DNA from: Patescibacteria group bacterium
Lineage (GTDB): Bacteria; Patescibacteriota; Minisyncoccia; UBA6257; GWB1-50-10
Direction: 5' to 3'
NCBI GenBank assembly: GCA_038065455.1
Contig: JBBTQX010000002.1
Span: 1 to 64,000 of the forward strand
Length of the DNA stretch: 64,000 nucleotides
In this document: in pieces, positions 17,726 through 27,576 of the stretch
Layout of the letters: every line of letters starts with the position of its first letter
How positions within the stretch are numbered: position 1 is the first letter of the stretch
Notes under the pieces: model-generated
The model's database searches: none
What the model was told of the DNA's origin: nothing
The model's input: the letters and a program-made list of their open reading frames with translations, nothing else
Program-made: the position numbers and the translations under genes

Positions 17726-19546
17726 ATGAAAGATAAGTTTTACGGTTTTATTCCATCTATTCTTCTTGTAATCATCGTTCTGGGAAGCGGACTATTAATG
17801 TTTGATGTTTCCCGGCAAGAATCGGCGACAATGGATGAATTGGCCCATATTCCGGCCGGCTATTCCTATGTAAAATATCTGGATTATCGCCTGAATCCAG
17901 AGCATCCCCCGCTCTTGAAGGTACTCGCCGCCCTTCCGCTCCTCGGCATGGACCTCAAATTTCCGACGGACAGTCCCAAATGGGAAAAAGAAGTAAATTA
18001 CCAATGGGATATAGGTTCTCTTTTCCTTTTCAATTCGGGCAATAATCCGGACGACATCGTAAAAAACGCCCGAATTTTTCCGATAATCATCACACTTCTT
18101 ACCGTTATTCTTATTTACCTTTGGTCCCGAGAACTTTTGGGCAAATGGTGGGCGCTTCTGCCCGCCTTCCTTTTCGCCGTCTCCCCCTCCGTATTGGCCC
18201 ACGGACACTATGTGACGACGGACATCGCTGCCGCTTTCGGCTTTCTCCTCGCTACTTATCTTTTCGTTAAATTCCTGAACCGGCGAAGCGGTCTGAATAT
18301 TATTTTGGCCGGCATCGGACTCGGCATCGCTTTGCTTCTGAAATTCTCCACAGTCCTTTTGATCCCTCTTTTCATCGCGCTCGCGTTCTTCTACTGGCTC
18401 GGCGAAAAAATCCGGGGATTCGAAACGAGTTTCTGGCGACACGCGAAAAATCTGATATTAATTTTTATTGTCGCGCTCGCCGCCATCTATGCCGCTTACT
18501 TCGTCTTTACTTTGAACTATCCGATCGAGAAACAGGTAAGCGATACGAAAAGTATCTTGGAAAATTTCCAGCCTCAAGCACTCGCCCAATTCAACGTGAA
18601 ATTATCGGAAAGCCGGCTCATGCGCCCGCTCGGAGAATATTTCCTCGGTGTGATGATGGTGATCCAACGCTCGGCCGGCGGAAACACTTCTTATTTTTTG
18701 GGCGAGGTTTCGAAAATCGGCTGGCATTATTACTTCCCTGTCGTCTTCCTCCTTAAAGAATCTATTCCCGCCCTTATTCTGCTCTTCCTCTCGATGTTCT
18801 TCGGGCTGAAAAACATTATTGTAAAATTCAAAGGCGGGAAAATATTCCAAAAATTCGCCGAATATCTCGGTACCAATTTTGCCGAGTTCAGTCTATTCCT
18901 CCTTATTCTCCTATATTGGGCTTACAGCATAAATAGCACGCTGAATATCGGCTTCCGCCATCTTCTGCCATTGATAGCCCCGATGTATATTCTCGCCGCG
19001 AGCGGTCTAAAAAATTGGCTGAGTGCTGGGTCAAATAACGGCCCGAAACGCGCTATTCTTGCGATTGTACTCGTCTGGTGCGCGGCCGAAACTTTTGCAG
19101 CCTACCCCTATTTCCTCTCCTATTTCAACGAAATCGGCGGCGGAACGATGAACGGCTACAAATATGTTGTGGATTCCAATTATGACTGGGGGCAAGACTT
19201 GAAACGCCTTGCAAAATTCGTGAAGAATCCGCCGGGCGGCGGAAGTATTGAGAAAATCGCCGTGGATTATTTCGGCGCCGGCGACCCGGCATATTATCTC
19301 GGCAAAGACACGGTGGAGGGTTGGTATTCCTCGAAAGGCGACCCGCGGGAAGAGAATATCGAATGGCTCGCGGTGTCGGCGGAATTTCTTCAGAACTCCG
19401 TCCAGCCGACCGACAGTACCATTACCCGGAAACCCGGCGAGGATTACGGCTGGCTGAAAGAATTGCGCCCGGCTCCCGCCGGACTCGGCAACACTCCCCA
19501 GCCGGATTACCGTGTCGGCACCTCCATCTTCATATATCACTTGTAG
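17726..19546 (+). CDS. GT39/ArnT-like (GT-C) membrane glycosyltransferase
   Basis: TMDELAH, NPEHPPL, VTTDI, ALLLKFS, DSNYDWGQD; many TM segments. Confidence 0.85.
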   Translation: MKDKFYGFIPSILLVIIVLGSGLLMFDVSRQESATMDELAHIPAGYSYVKYLDYRLNPEHPPLLKVLAALPLLGMDLKFPTDSPKWEKEVNYQWDIGSLFLFNSGNNPDDIVKNARIFPIIITLLTVILIYLWSRELLGKWWALLPAFLFAVSPSVLAHGHYVTTDIAAAFGFLLATYLFVKFLNRRSGLNIILAGIGLGIALLLKFSTVLLIPLFIALAFFYWLGEKIRGFETSFWRHAKNLILIFIVALAAIYAAYFVFTLNYPIEKQVSDTKSILENFQPQALAQFNVKLSESRLMRPLGEYFLGVMMVIQRSAGGNTSYFLGEVSKIGWHYYFPVVFLLKESIPALILLFLSMFFGLKNIIVKFKGGKIFQKFAEYLGTNFAEFSLFLLILLYWAYSINSTLNIGFRHLLPLIAPMYILAASGLKNWLSAGSNNGPKRAILAIVLVWCAAETFAAYPYFLSYFNEIGGGTMNGYKYVVDSNYDWGQDLKRLAKFVKNPPGGGSIEKIAVDYFGAGDPAYYLGKDTVEGWYSSKGDPREENIEWLAVSAEFLQNSVQPTDSTITRKPGEDYGWLKELRPAPAGLGNTPQPDYRVGTSIFIYHL

Positions 19547-20319
19547 TAAATCCGATTTGGAACCCTTAAGTCAATGTATCCCGCCGCACCGACATTAATC
19601 TCTTTCTTCAGGTTTTTAAGAACGGAATCTAGGTTCTCAGGTGAGAAATTCAAACTGAAATAGAAATTCGATCCTTTGGCCGTGCGCGCTGTCCATTCGC
19701 GGAGCGATAAATCCCCTATTTCGGCCGAGACGACTTTCAATCCGTTCCGATTCAGGACTTCAATGGATTGCTTCAAATTAGCAAACCATTCGGGCCTCGA
19801 AAAAAGTCCTTGGCCGGGAAAGAAAAATCTTTTGTTGATGTCACTTATCTTCAGTATCAAAAAGCCGGAAACCGAGGGTACCTTGCTGAAAATCACGCCG
19901 TTCTCGTCGAGACCGAAACAGGAAAGATTATTCTCGTCGCAAACCACCCCCCAAAGCTGTCTTTCCCCGGCTGAGATTTTCACGGAATGCTTCCAGAAAT
20001 CGGTCTCGACTTTCAAATCTTTCACAGCCGGAATGCGGTAGAGCGAATCGGGATATTTGCCGAACTCCCAAAAGAGAATATTTTCGGGACCCACCATCGC
20101 CCGGAATTTTCCCTCAAGCATCCGAGTTTTGAGGGAATCGAATATTTCTTCCCGCGAAATGCCCGGAAGATTCGGCACGTCGAAATTCTGCACCTTAAGC
20201 CAAGGCGAACGGAGAATAAAATAAAACAAGCCAATCAATACGATAAAAAAAAGAAAGAAACCGCCCAAAACAAAATAAAACCGAAAATGGTGCTTTTTTT
20301 TTGTTATCAGGTTTTCCAT
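19537..20319 (-). CDS. FtsQ/DivIB-like cell division protein
   Basis: N-terminal TM, POTRA-like region, LDENGVIF, C-terminal YIDLRVPNRIYYK. Confidence 0.75.
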   Translation of the reverse strand: MENLITKKKHHFRFYFVLGGFFLFFIVLIGLFYFILRSPWLKVQNFDVPNLPGISREEIFDSLKTRMLEGKFRAMVGPENILFWEFGKYPDSLYRIPAVKDLKVETDFWKHSVKISAGERQLWGVVCDENNLSCFGLDENGVIFSKVPSVSGFLILKISDINKRFFFPGQGLFSRPEWFANLKQSIEVLNRNGLKVVSAEIGDLSLREWTARTAKGSNFYFSLNFSPENLDSVLKNLKKEINVGAAGYIDLRVPNRIYYK

Positions 20320-20326
20320 TTTATTA

Positions 20327-20929
20327 TTACTGATACACGCGCACTGGGAACGAATAAATATTCGTGGAAACGCTGTTACCTACGCTCACATTCACCTTAT
20401 AATCGCCTTCGTTCTTCCAGATATGGCTTACAATAATAGTCTTGCCGGTTTCCGTCGCACCCTGGTCTTTCAGGCCATCGCCCCAATCAATTTTATAAAC
20501 CTGGCCGCTGTTTACGGAAAATGACAGGGGTTCATTCATCTTTATCACTATCGTCGCCGGAGGCGGCGGAACATTGAAAGCGGAGCTGGTCGGCGCGGGA
20601 ATAATTCCTGAAAGCGGGCTCGCCGGAATTTGCGTTTGGACGAACGCCGGAACGGAAGAGGCCACACCGGACAAATTCAAACCAGCCGATTGGATTTCTT
20701 CTCCTACGCTCGCGATGAAATTCCCCACTTGGTTTTTTACGAACGCCGTGGCGGTTTGTTTCGTCGAACTCGCGACGGATTTGGCATAATCGCCGATTTT
20801 TTGGCCCGCCTCTTCCCTGATCGCCTTTCCACTATCGGCCTTCCACCAATTGTCATAAGCGTAAAAACCCCCGTAAACCGCTCCGCCCAAAATCGCAACC
20901 CAAAGAATGAATTTCAAAAAAGTCTTCAT
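20327..20929 (-). CDS. Membrane-anchored PKD-domain protein
   Basis: N-terminal TM; IDWGDG...SHIWKNEGDYKVNV. Confidence 0.75.
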   Translation of the reverse strand: MKTFLKFILWVAILGGAVYGGFYAYDNWWKADSGKAIREEAGQKIGDYAKSVASSTKQTATAFVKNQVGNFIASVGEEIQSAGLNLSGVASSVPAFVQTQIPASPLSGIIPAPTSSAFNVPPPPATIVIKMNEPLSFSVNSGQVYKIDWGDGLKDQGATETGKTIIVSHIWKNEGDYKVNVSVGNSVSTNIYSFPVRVYQ

Positions 20930-21221
20930 TAGATTAATTCTACTAAATTGGTAGGAGTTAGAATAGCAGAACCTTCCTTCTAAAACACGCTATCAAATTC
21001 CCCGGCGTGGAATTTGCGCTCGCTCTCGGCCTCACTCTTCCGCTTCGCGGAAACCTTGCCCGTTCGGCCTGCGAGACGGTTTAAGGAGCAGGAAAATAGG
21101 ACTGTTTGAATCCCGAAGCGAAGCGGAGGTTAAGTTCCGCATTTTCCGTCGGCGGATGATGAGGAATGAGCCTTGAAATTATCCGAGCGGAGAGCTGTTG
21201 ATGAGTGGAGAAGAAATTACC

Positions 21222-22487
21222 CTACCCAATCTCCTTCTTTCCGACGTAATCCTGAAGCGCTTTCGGAACCCTCACCTTCCCCTCTTTCGTCTGATAATTT
21301 TCCAAAATAGAAATAATGGTCCGGCCGATGGCGAAGGCCGTGCCGTTCAAGGCATGCGTGAACTCCTTCTTCCCTTCGGCTGTTTTATATTTGACGTTTA
21401 TGCCCCGCGTCTGGAAATCGGCGGTATTGGAACATGAATGCGTTTCGCGATACTCGTTCTGGCCCGGAAGCCAAGTTTCAATATCAAATTGGCGCGCACC
21501 TACCCAATCCATATCACCGGTGCAAATCTCCACCACCCTATATGGCAATTCCAGCTTCTGCATCAACTTCTCTTGGAGCGAAACCAAAAATTGATGCTCT
21601 TTTTCGGAATCTTCCGGTTTTGAGAAAGAGAACATTTCTACCTTATCAAACTGATGGACCCGTAATATCCCTTTTGTGTCTTTGCCATATGAACCGGCCT
21701 CGCGCCGAAAACAGGTCGAAAAACCGACATAGCGGCGCGGCAAATCTTTTCCTTCGAAAACTTCGTTCATTTGGAGCGGGCCCAAAGTATGTTCGGCGCT
21801 TCCCACTAAATATAAATCATCCTTGGGCAAATAATATTTATCTTCTTTTTGTTCGCCCACAAGTTTTCCCATGCCGGCAAATACGTCCGATTTTATCATC
21901 ACGGGCGGCACCACGGGAATGAATCCCTCTTCCAATAATATTTTGAACGCGAGTTGAACCAGACCGAATTCCATGAGCGCCGCTTCATTCATCAAATATC
22001 CGAAACGACTGCCGGAAACCTCGGCGGCCTTTTTCACGTCGATAAGACCGAGCTTTTCTCCCAAAGAAAGATAATCTTTGGACTTGAATCCGTCCTCGGC
22101 GGAGAATTTTGGTTTCTCGCCCCATTCCCGGATCACTTTATTCCCGTTTTCGTCTTTCCCGATCAAAACGTCTTCGAAGGGGATATTCGGAATCTTATTC
22201 AAAATTTCATCGCGTTTGGTCTCGAGAGTTCCGCGCTCCGCTTCAATGTCGCCGATGCGCTGTTTCAAAAGCTGGGCGCGGCTTATCAAATCCTCTTTCC
22301 GTTCCTTCGCCAATTCCTTCGAGAGTTCGTTCTGCTCCGCCTTGAGCTCGTCCAATGCTTTTACCTTCGTTCGCCACTCCTCATCCACCCGCAGGAATTT
22401 ATCCACCAATTTCGGATCGGCTTTTTTCTTCTCTATCCCCCTTTTTACTTTGTCGGGATTCTCCCGAATGAGATTTATATCGAGCAT
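21222..22487 (-). CDS. serS: Serine--tRNA ligase
   Basis: MLDINLIR, FRREAGSYGKDTKGILRVHQF, ETHSCSN, LNGTA. Confidence 0.98.
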   Translation of the reverse strand: MLDINLIRENPDKVKRGIEKKKADPKLVDKFLRVDEEWRTKVKALDELKAEQNELSKELAKERKEDLISRAQLLKQRIGDIEAERGTLETKRDEILNKIPNIPFEDVLIGKDENGNKVIREWGEKPKFSAEDGFKSKDYLSLGEKLGLIDVKKAAEVSGSRFGYLMNEAALMEFGLVQLAFKILLEEGFIPVVPPVMIKSDVFAGMGKLVGEQKEDKYYLPKDDLYLVGSAEHTLGPLQMNEVFEGKDLPRRYVGFSTCFRREAGSYGKDTKGILRVHQFDKVEMFSFSKPEDSEKEHQFLVSLQEKLMQKLELPYRVVEICTGDMDWVGARQFDIETWLPGQNEYRETHSCSNTADFQTRGINVKYKTAEGKKEFTHALNGTAFAIGRTIISILENYQTKEGKVRVPKALQDYVGKKEIG

Positions 22488-22488
22488 T

Positions 22489-23937
22489 TTATTTTTTATC
22501 TTCGCGCATCAAGGGAAAAACGACTGTTTCCCGAATCGGCTTATCCATTAATACCGAAAAGACCCGCTCGGACATTCCGAAACCGGCCGCGGGCGGCATG
22601 CCATATTCCATCGCTTCCAAGAAATCTTCGTCCAAATACTGGGCTTCTTTATCACCCTTCGCCCGCAAGGCCATCTGGGCCTCAAAACGCTCCCGCTGGT
22701 CCAAGGGGTCGTTCAGCTCCGAAAATCCTTTGCCGAGTTCCGTACCATAAGCCATTATCTGCAGGCGCTCAACACGCCGTGAATCCTCGGCGGAACGCTT
22801 AGCCAAAGGCTCTATTTCCACCGGCGGATTTACGAGGAATCCGGGCTCCACAAGCTTCGGTCGAACAGTCTTTTTGTAGATAAGATCGATGAGCCGGCCC
22901 CTTTGTGCCGAAGGCTCGTATTTCAAACCCAGTTCATCCGCCTTCTTTTTGAGTCCGCTATCGGAAACCTTGTTCAAATCCAATCCGGCGTATTTTTTGA
23001 AAAGCTCGTAATAATCGTAGGTCTTCCAGGGCTTGCCCCAGTCGGCTTCGTATCCCTGGCTCTTAATTTTGAGAGTTCCGAAAGTTTTTTTGATGACCGT
23101 TTGAAACATTTTCGGAAGGAATTTCATCAAATCCCGATAATTGGCATAAGCCCAATAAAACTCCATATGCGTGTAATCCTGAAGATGTTCGGCATCGATG
23201 CCTTCGTTCCGGAAGATACGCCCGATTTCGAAGACTTTTTCGTAGCCGCCCACGAGCAATTTTTTGAGCGGAAGTTCCAGGGAAATGCGCAGATAAAAAT
23301 CCCGATCCAGGGCATTGTGATGGGTTTTGAATGGTTCGGCTTCCGCTCCGCCCGGCAATCCCTCCAGAACCGGCGTCTCCACTTCGAGAAAATTTTCCTG
23401 TTTCAAAAAATCCCGCACCGCGCCCCAGAAAACGCTCTTTTTTACGAACATTTCCTTCACTTCGGGATTCAGAATCGTATCGAGATACCGCTTCCGCAGG
23501 CGGGTTTCCGTATCCTCGAGACCATACCAGCTCTGGGGCAACGGCCGCAAGCTTTTGGCGATAATCCGGGCCTGTTTCGCCAGGATGGATCTTTCTCCCC
23601 GCTTCGTTTTAAAAAGCGTTCCCTTCGCTTCCGCGAAATCTCCGATATCGAGCGTTTCCTTTAATATATCAAAATTATCCGTCTCTCCCTTCTTGAGGAT
23701 GAGCTGAATCTGCCCGCTCTCGTCTTTCAAATCGGCGAAGATTATCCCGCCCTGGCCCCTCACGGCTCCCACCCGTCCGGCGAGCCATAAAACTTTCTTC
23801 GATTTCGCCAACTTCGGAAAAGCGGAAACCGCCTCCTTTACGGACGCAGTCCTTTTTACTTCGGCGGGATATGGATCGGCGTATTTTTTGTAACGCTCGA
23901 GCTTTGCCTTCCGTTCCCGGATTAAATCTTCCAGCAT
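22489..23937 (-). CDS. lysS: Lysine--tRNA ligase (class II)
   Basis: YLRISLEL, FRNEGID, YGMPPAAGFG. Confidence 0.98.
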   Translation of the reverse strand: MLEDLIRERKAKLERYKKYADPYPAEVKRTASVKEAVSAFPKLAKSKKVLWLAGRVGAVRGQGGIIFADLKDESGQIQLILKKGETDNFDILKETLDIGDFAEAKGTLFKTKRGERSILAKQARIIAKSLRPLPQSWYGLEDTETRLRKRYLDTILNPEVKEMFVKKSVFWGAVRDFLKQENFLEVETPVLEGLPGGAEAEPFKTHHNALDRDFYLRISLELPLKKLLVGGYEKVFEIGRIFRNEGIDAEHLQDYTHMEFYWAYANYRDLMKFLPKMFQTVIKKTFGTLKIKSQGYEADWGKPWKTYDYYELFKKYAGLDLNKVSDSGLKKKADELGLKYEPSAQRGRLIDLIYKKTVRPKLVEPGFLVNPPVEIEPLAKRSAEDSRRVERLQIMAYGTELGKGFSELNDPLDQRERFEAQMALRAKGDKEAQYLDEDFLEAMEYGMPPAAGFGMSERVFSVLMDKPIRETVVFPLMREDKK

Positions 23938-23949
23938 TTATCTGGTTGG

Positions 23950-24423
23950 TTAGTCAACGCTTAAAACGATATATTCAACCGGCCCCTTGGGGGTTTGAAT
24001 CTGTATTTTTTCGCCGGATTTCTTGCCCAAAAGTTCGTGTCCCAAAGGAGACTCGTTGGAGATGAGTCCGCCCGCCGGATCGGCTTCATTCGATCCGACC
24101 ATGGTGTAATTGACGGCCGAGCCGTTCTTATTGAGCGAGATTTTGGAACCAAGCCTGACCACGCCCGTGCTCGAAAGCCCGGTGGCGGACTGCTTCTCGA
24201 AAATAGCGGAATTTTTAATGAGATCGTCCAATTCGGCGATCTTTTTCTCCAAAATGCTCTGGTCTTCCCTAGCCGACTGGTATTCGGCATTCTCCGAAAG
24301 ATCACCCAAATCCTTGGCGTGCTTCAAGCGCTCCATCACGGATTGACGGCCCTCTTTCTTCAGTTTATCCAGTTCGTCCACGAGCTCGTTATAACGCTCT
24401 TTGGTCAGATATTTTTTAGCCAT
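23950..24423 (-). CDS. greA: Transcription elongation factor GreA
   Basis: GDLSENAEY, ISNESPLG. Confidence 0.97.
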   Translation of the reverse strand: MAKKYLTKERYNELVDELDKLKKEGRQSVMERLKHAKDLGDLSENAEYQSAREDQSILEKKIAELDDLIKNSAIFEKQSATGLSSTGVVRLGSKISLNKNGSAVNYTMVGSNEADPAGGLISNESPLGHELLGKKSGEKIQIQTPKGPVEYIVLSVD

Positions 24424-26269
24424 TGATTCGGTTATTATAGTACCACAAGAAAACGTCCCTAGCCACCGGCACGACGTTCAAACTGCCTTCCCGCGCATTT
24501 TCCACGAGTATTAAAATGGCGATTTTGGGGTCGTCATAAGGAGCGAAGCCGACGAAAAACGCGTTGGTCTTCGTGTTGTTCGAAACCTGGGCCGAGCCGG
24601 TTTTGGCGGCGACCGGAATCGGCAAGTCATGCAGAAGATAGGAAGTGCCGTAATCCCGAATCACGCCTTCGCGCATCCCCTTCCTCACTTCCGCGAGCGC
24701 CGGACCGATCTCGGCCGAAAGGTCGCGGAGAATCGCCGCCTCGTTCTTCAAAATCGTCTCGCCTTTGATATTTTTTATTTCATTCATCACGCGCGGCTTG
24801 TTCAGCTTGCCGCCATTTGCAACTGCATTTATGTAATTCAGAAGTTCGATGGGCGTCACCGAAAAATCGCCCTGGCCAATCGAGACGTTGAAAGTATCTC
24901 CCAAGCGCCATGGCTCGCCTTTTACTCTTTCTTTCCATGCTGGATCCGGCAAGAAACCAGCATCCTCCCCCGTTAAATCTATATTCGTCTTTTCGTCGAG
25001 ACCGAAATTATGCCACCACTTTTTCAATCTTTCTATTCCCAAGCCTTTCTGGTCTCCGAAACCGCCGCCCACGGAATAGAAATAGACATTCGAGGAACGA
25101 GCCAGAGCCGAATATAAATCCACCCAACCCTGCGGCCGCCAATCCAAAAATCGGCTCGGATGCTCCGGGTTGTAGGGATTCGGAACATCGAGATAGCCCG
25201 GCGAATAAATTTGATGTTTCGGATCCAAGATGCCTTCCGTAAGCGCCGCGGTTCCCACCAGGGGCTTAATGGTCGAACCGGGATTGTAAATACCGGAAAT
25301 CGCCCGATTAAAGAGCGGCTGATTGGCAGAGGTAAGATACTTTCCTATTTTATTCGAATCGAACGAAGGAATATTCACAAGAGAAAGAACTTCGCCGTTC
25401 CGCGGGTCCATCGCTATCGCAAGGCCGGTATCCCGGCCCAAATCGCGAAGCGCTTGGCTCAAGCGGTCGTAGATATATGTCTGGAGATCCCGATCAATAA
25501 AAGATGTAAGATTGTTGCCTGGAATCGGCTCCTGAACCGTTCTTTCTTTTTCGGTTCCGCCCACTGCGTTCGTGAGCGCAACCTTCTCACCGCTCGTTCC
25601 CCGAAGATATCCGTCGTAAAAAGCCTCGAGACCATTCCGCCCGACCTGGTCGTCGATATGCAACTCCGAATCTTTCTTCATATCACTCTTGTTTGCCAAA
25701 CCAGTATAGCCGACTACGTGGGAAAATTTGAAAAGCGGCGTTTGAACGCGCCGGAACGACGGGTCTATCTCCAAGCCCGGAAGATTCGCGGCGGAGAGGG
25801 ATACTAATTCATCGTGATCAAGATCGGGTTTCAAAAGAAATCGGTCGGTCAAATTCCAGTCCCGTTCCTCGAGAGCTCCAAGCACCTCGTTCTCATATAA
25901 ACCCAAAGTATTCAAAACATCTCCAATTGCCATTCGCCTTTCCGCAGAAGTTTTCGGAAGAGATTTCGGAACGAGATAGGCATCGAAAGCGGGCTCGTTT
26001 TCGACCATAGCCTTTCCGAAACGGTCGTAGATAATCCCCCGCGGAGCGGGCTCCGTTTTTATATCGCTCATATTCGCCGTAGCGCGCCGGGAATAGGGTT
26101 CATGATTCAAGACCGCCAAGTTCACAAATTGGGCGAAGACGGCAAGAAAAACCAGCGCGACCAAGATGATGAAATTCCTGAAAACCCGGTCCGTGAGAGG
26201 AATTTCCAAAAGGTCTTCCTCGACCGTTCGGTCGGTCAGAATGTCTTCCAGATTAAGCTCGGGATTCAT
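24416..26269 (-). CDS. mrdA: Penicillin-binding protein 2
   Basis: PRGIIYDR, GSTIK (SxxK), SSN, KTG; follows mreBCD. Confidence 0.95.
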   Translation of the reverse strand: MNPELNLEDILTDRTVEEDLLEIPLTDRVFRNFIILVALVFLAVFAQFVNLAVLNHEPYSRRATANMSDIKTEPAPRGIIYDRFGKAMVENEPAFDAYLVPKSLPKTSAERRMAIGDVLNTLGLYENEVLGALEERDWNLTDRFLLKPDLDHDELVSLSAANLPGLEIDPSFRRVQTPLFKFSHVVGYTGLANKSDMKKDSELHIDDQVGRNGLEAFYDGYLRGTSGEKVALTNAVGGTEKERTVQEPIPGNNLTSFIDRDLQTYIYDRLSQALRDLGRDTGLAIAMDPRNGEVLSLVNIPSFDSNKIGKYLTSANQPLFNRAISGIYNPGSTIKPLVGTAALTEGILDPKHQIYSPGYLDVPNPYNPEHPSRFLDWRPQGWVDLYSALARSSNVYFYSVGGGFGDQKGLGIERLKKWWHNFGLDEKTNIDLTGEDAGFLPDPAWKERVKGEPWRLGDTFNVSIGQGDFSVTPIELLNYINAVANGGKLNKPRVMNEIKNIKGETILKNEAAILRDLSAEIGPALAEVRKGMREGVIRDYGTSYLLHDLPIPVAAKTGSAQVSNNTKTNAFFVGFAPYDDPKIAILILVENAREGSLNVVPVARDVFLWYYNNRING

Positions 26270-26388
26270 CCCGTTAGAAACAGGATGCGCTTAACAAGCA
26301 CATCCGTCTAGATTCAAACGACTTTATTATTGCAATGTTCCCCTGTATTGTTTCCATGATATTTCTGAATTTGCCCGTTTCTAACGGG
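26270..26388 (-). mobile_element. Family A element (nuclease-less) at the mrdA start codon
   Basis: CCCGTTAGAAAC...GTTTCTAACGGG; ATGAAT on both sides (- strand). Confidence 0.85.
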
Positions 26389-26875
26389 ATTCATGAAGAT
26401 AACCGTATTTTCCAAAAAAATTCAAACAAAGCCAAAAAATCGAACCCAAAACCAGATTATAAACGACTTCGCCAAAAACAAAACCGCCGGCAAAAACACT
26501 GCCGGCCGTAAATTTGAGCGCTCCGTAAAATATTACTGTTCCCAAGCCGACGGCCAAAAGAAAATCTTGGAAGGACCGGCCCGTGAAGAAGTTTCGCAGG
26601 AAGAAGATTGCAAGAATTATCAAAAGGAGTATGGCCCAAGGCAACATCCAAAAATCGGACAAAATCAAAGTTACCGCAAAAGCAAAAAACAGCAGAATAT
26701 ATAAAAAACCCGGCTTTATCCGTTTCTTGAAATAAGGTTCGAGAAGCAAGCCAGAGAAAAATATGAGCGCCAGATTGGGATTGATTCCGCCTAAACTCAA
26801 AATTCGGGTCATTCCCAAAAAAATCAAAAGTCCCAGGAAAAGGAGTACAAAAACGAAACGGAACAAATCTCCCAT
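26381..26875 (-). CDS. mreD: MreD-like membrane protein
   Basis: Hydrophobic, INPNLAL motif, lies between mreC and mrdA; stop codon falls in the family A repeat. Confidence 0.75.
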   Translation of the reverse strand: MGDLFRFVFVLLFLGLLIFLGMTRILSLGGINPNLALIFFSGLLLEPYFKKRIKPGFLYILLFFAFAVTLILSDFWMLPWAILLLIILAIFFLRNFFTGRSFQDFLLAVGLGTVIFYGALKFTAGSVFAGGFVFGEVVYNLVLGSIFWLCLNFFGKYGYLHESR

Positions 26876-26880
26876 CGGCC

Positions 26881-27576
26881 TTACGGAAAATCCGTGATTA
26901 CCAGGACCTTTTTGAGATTTTCGAAGCTAATGGGCGGCTCCAGCTTCACTCGCGACCAAATGCCATTCTCCCCGTCGCTTCGGCCTATGACTTTTCCGAT
27001 ATTCAGATTAAGGGGAGAATCTTTGGCGAGATTGAAAACCGCGTCGTTCATCTTCACGACCGCGTCTTTGGGCACCAAATCCAGATAAGGCGCGGGGCCG
27101 CCCACGAGAAGCGCTTTTATTCTATCCGGCCCGAAAGCCGCCGCACTCCGCCAATTCGGGTCGAAAATCGTTGCCGCTTCGCTCTGGGTTTTTTTCACTT
27201 CTTTTATCCTCCCGATTAGGATTCCTTCGGCAGCCAAGACCGGCATGCCGATTTTCAAGCCGTCATCGGCGCCGGCATTTATCACGATTGAGCCGTAATT
27301 ATTGAAGGGGTAATCTGAAAAAACTCCGGCAATTTTGTAGCGGTATTCGCCGCTCAAAGGCGTTTCCTCTTTCGCGCCCGCGGAAATCTGGGCCAAAAGA
27401 CCGTTCTGAATTTTCAGATTCTGCCAATTCTCATAGTTGAATTCGGGATCGGCGGCGCCAAAAACGACAACGCGGATATTCCGGAAAAAACCGACGAGGG
27501 GCTGTCTGAAAAGAAAAATGGCTCCGACGAGCCCGGCAAAAACCATTCCCAATACCAGGATGCGGAACGACTTCAT
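26881..27576 (-). CDS. mreC: Rod shape-determining protein MreC
   Basis: INAGADDGLKIGMPV..GILIGRI; operon position. Confidence 0.9.
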   Translation of the reverse strand: MKSFRILVLGMVFAGLVGAIFLFRQPLVGFFRNIRVVVFGAADPEFNYENWQNLKIQNGLLAQISAGAKEETPLSGEYRYKIAGVFSDYPFNNYGSIVINAGADDGLKIGMPVLAAEGILIGRIKEVKKTQSEAATIFDPNWRSAAAFGPDRIKALLVGGPAPYLDLVPKDAVVKMNDAVFNLAKDSPLNLNIGKVIGRSDGENGIWSRVKLEPPISFENLKKVLVITDFP

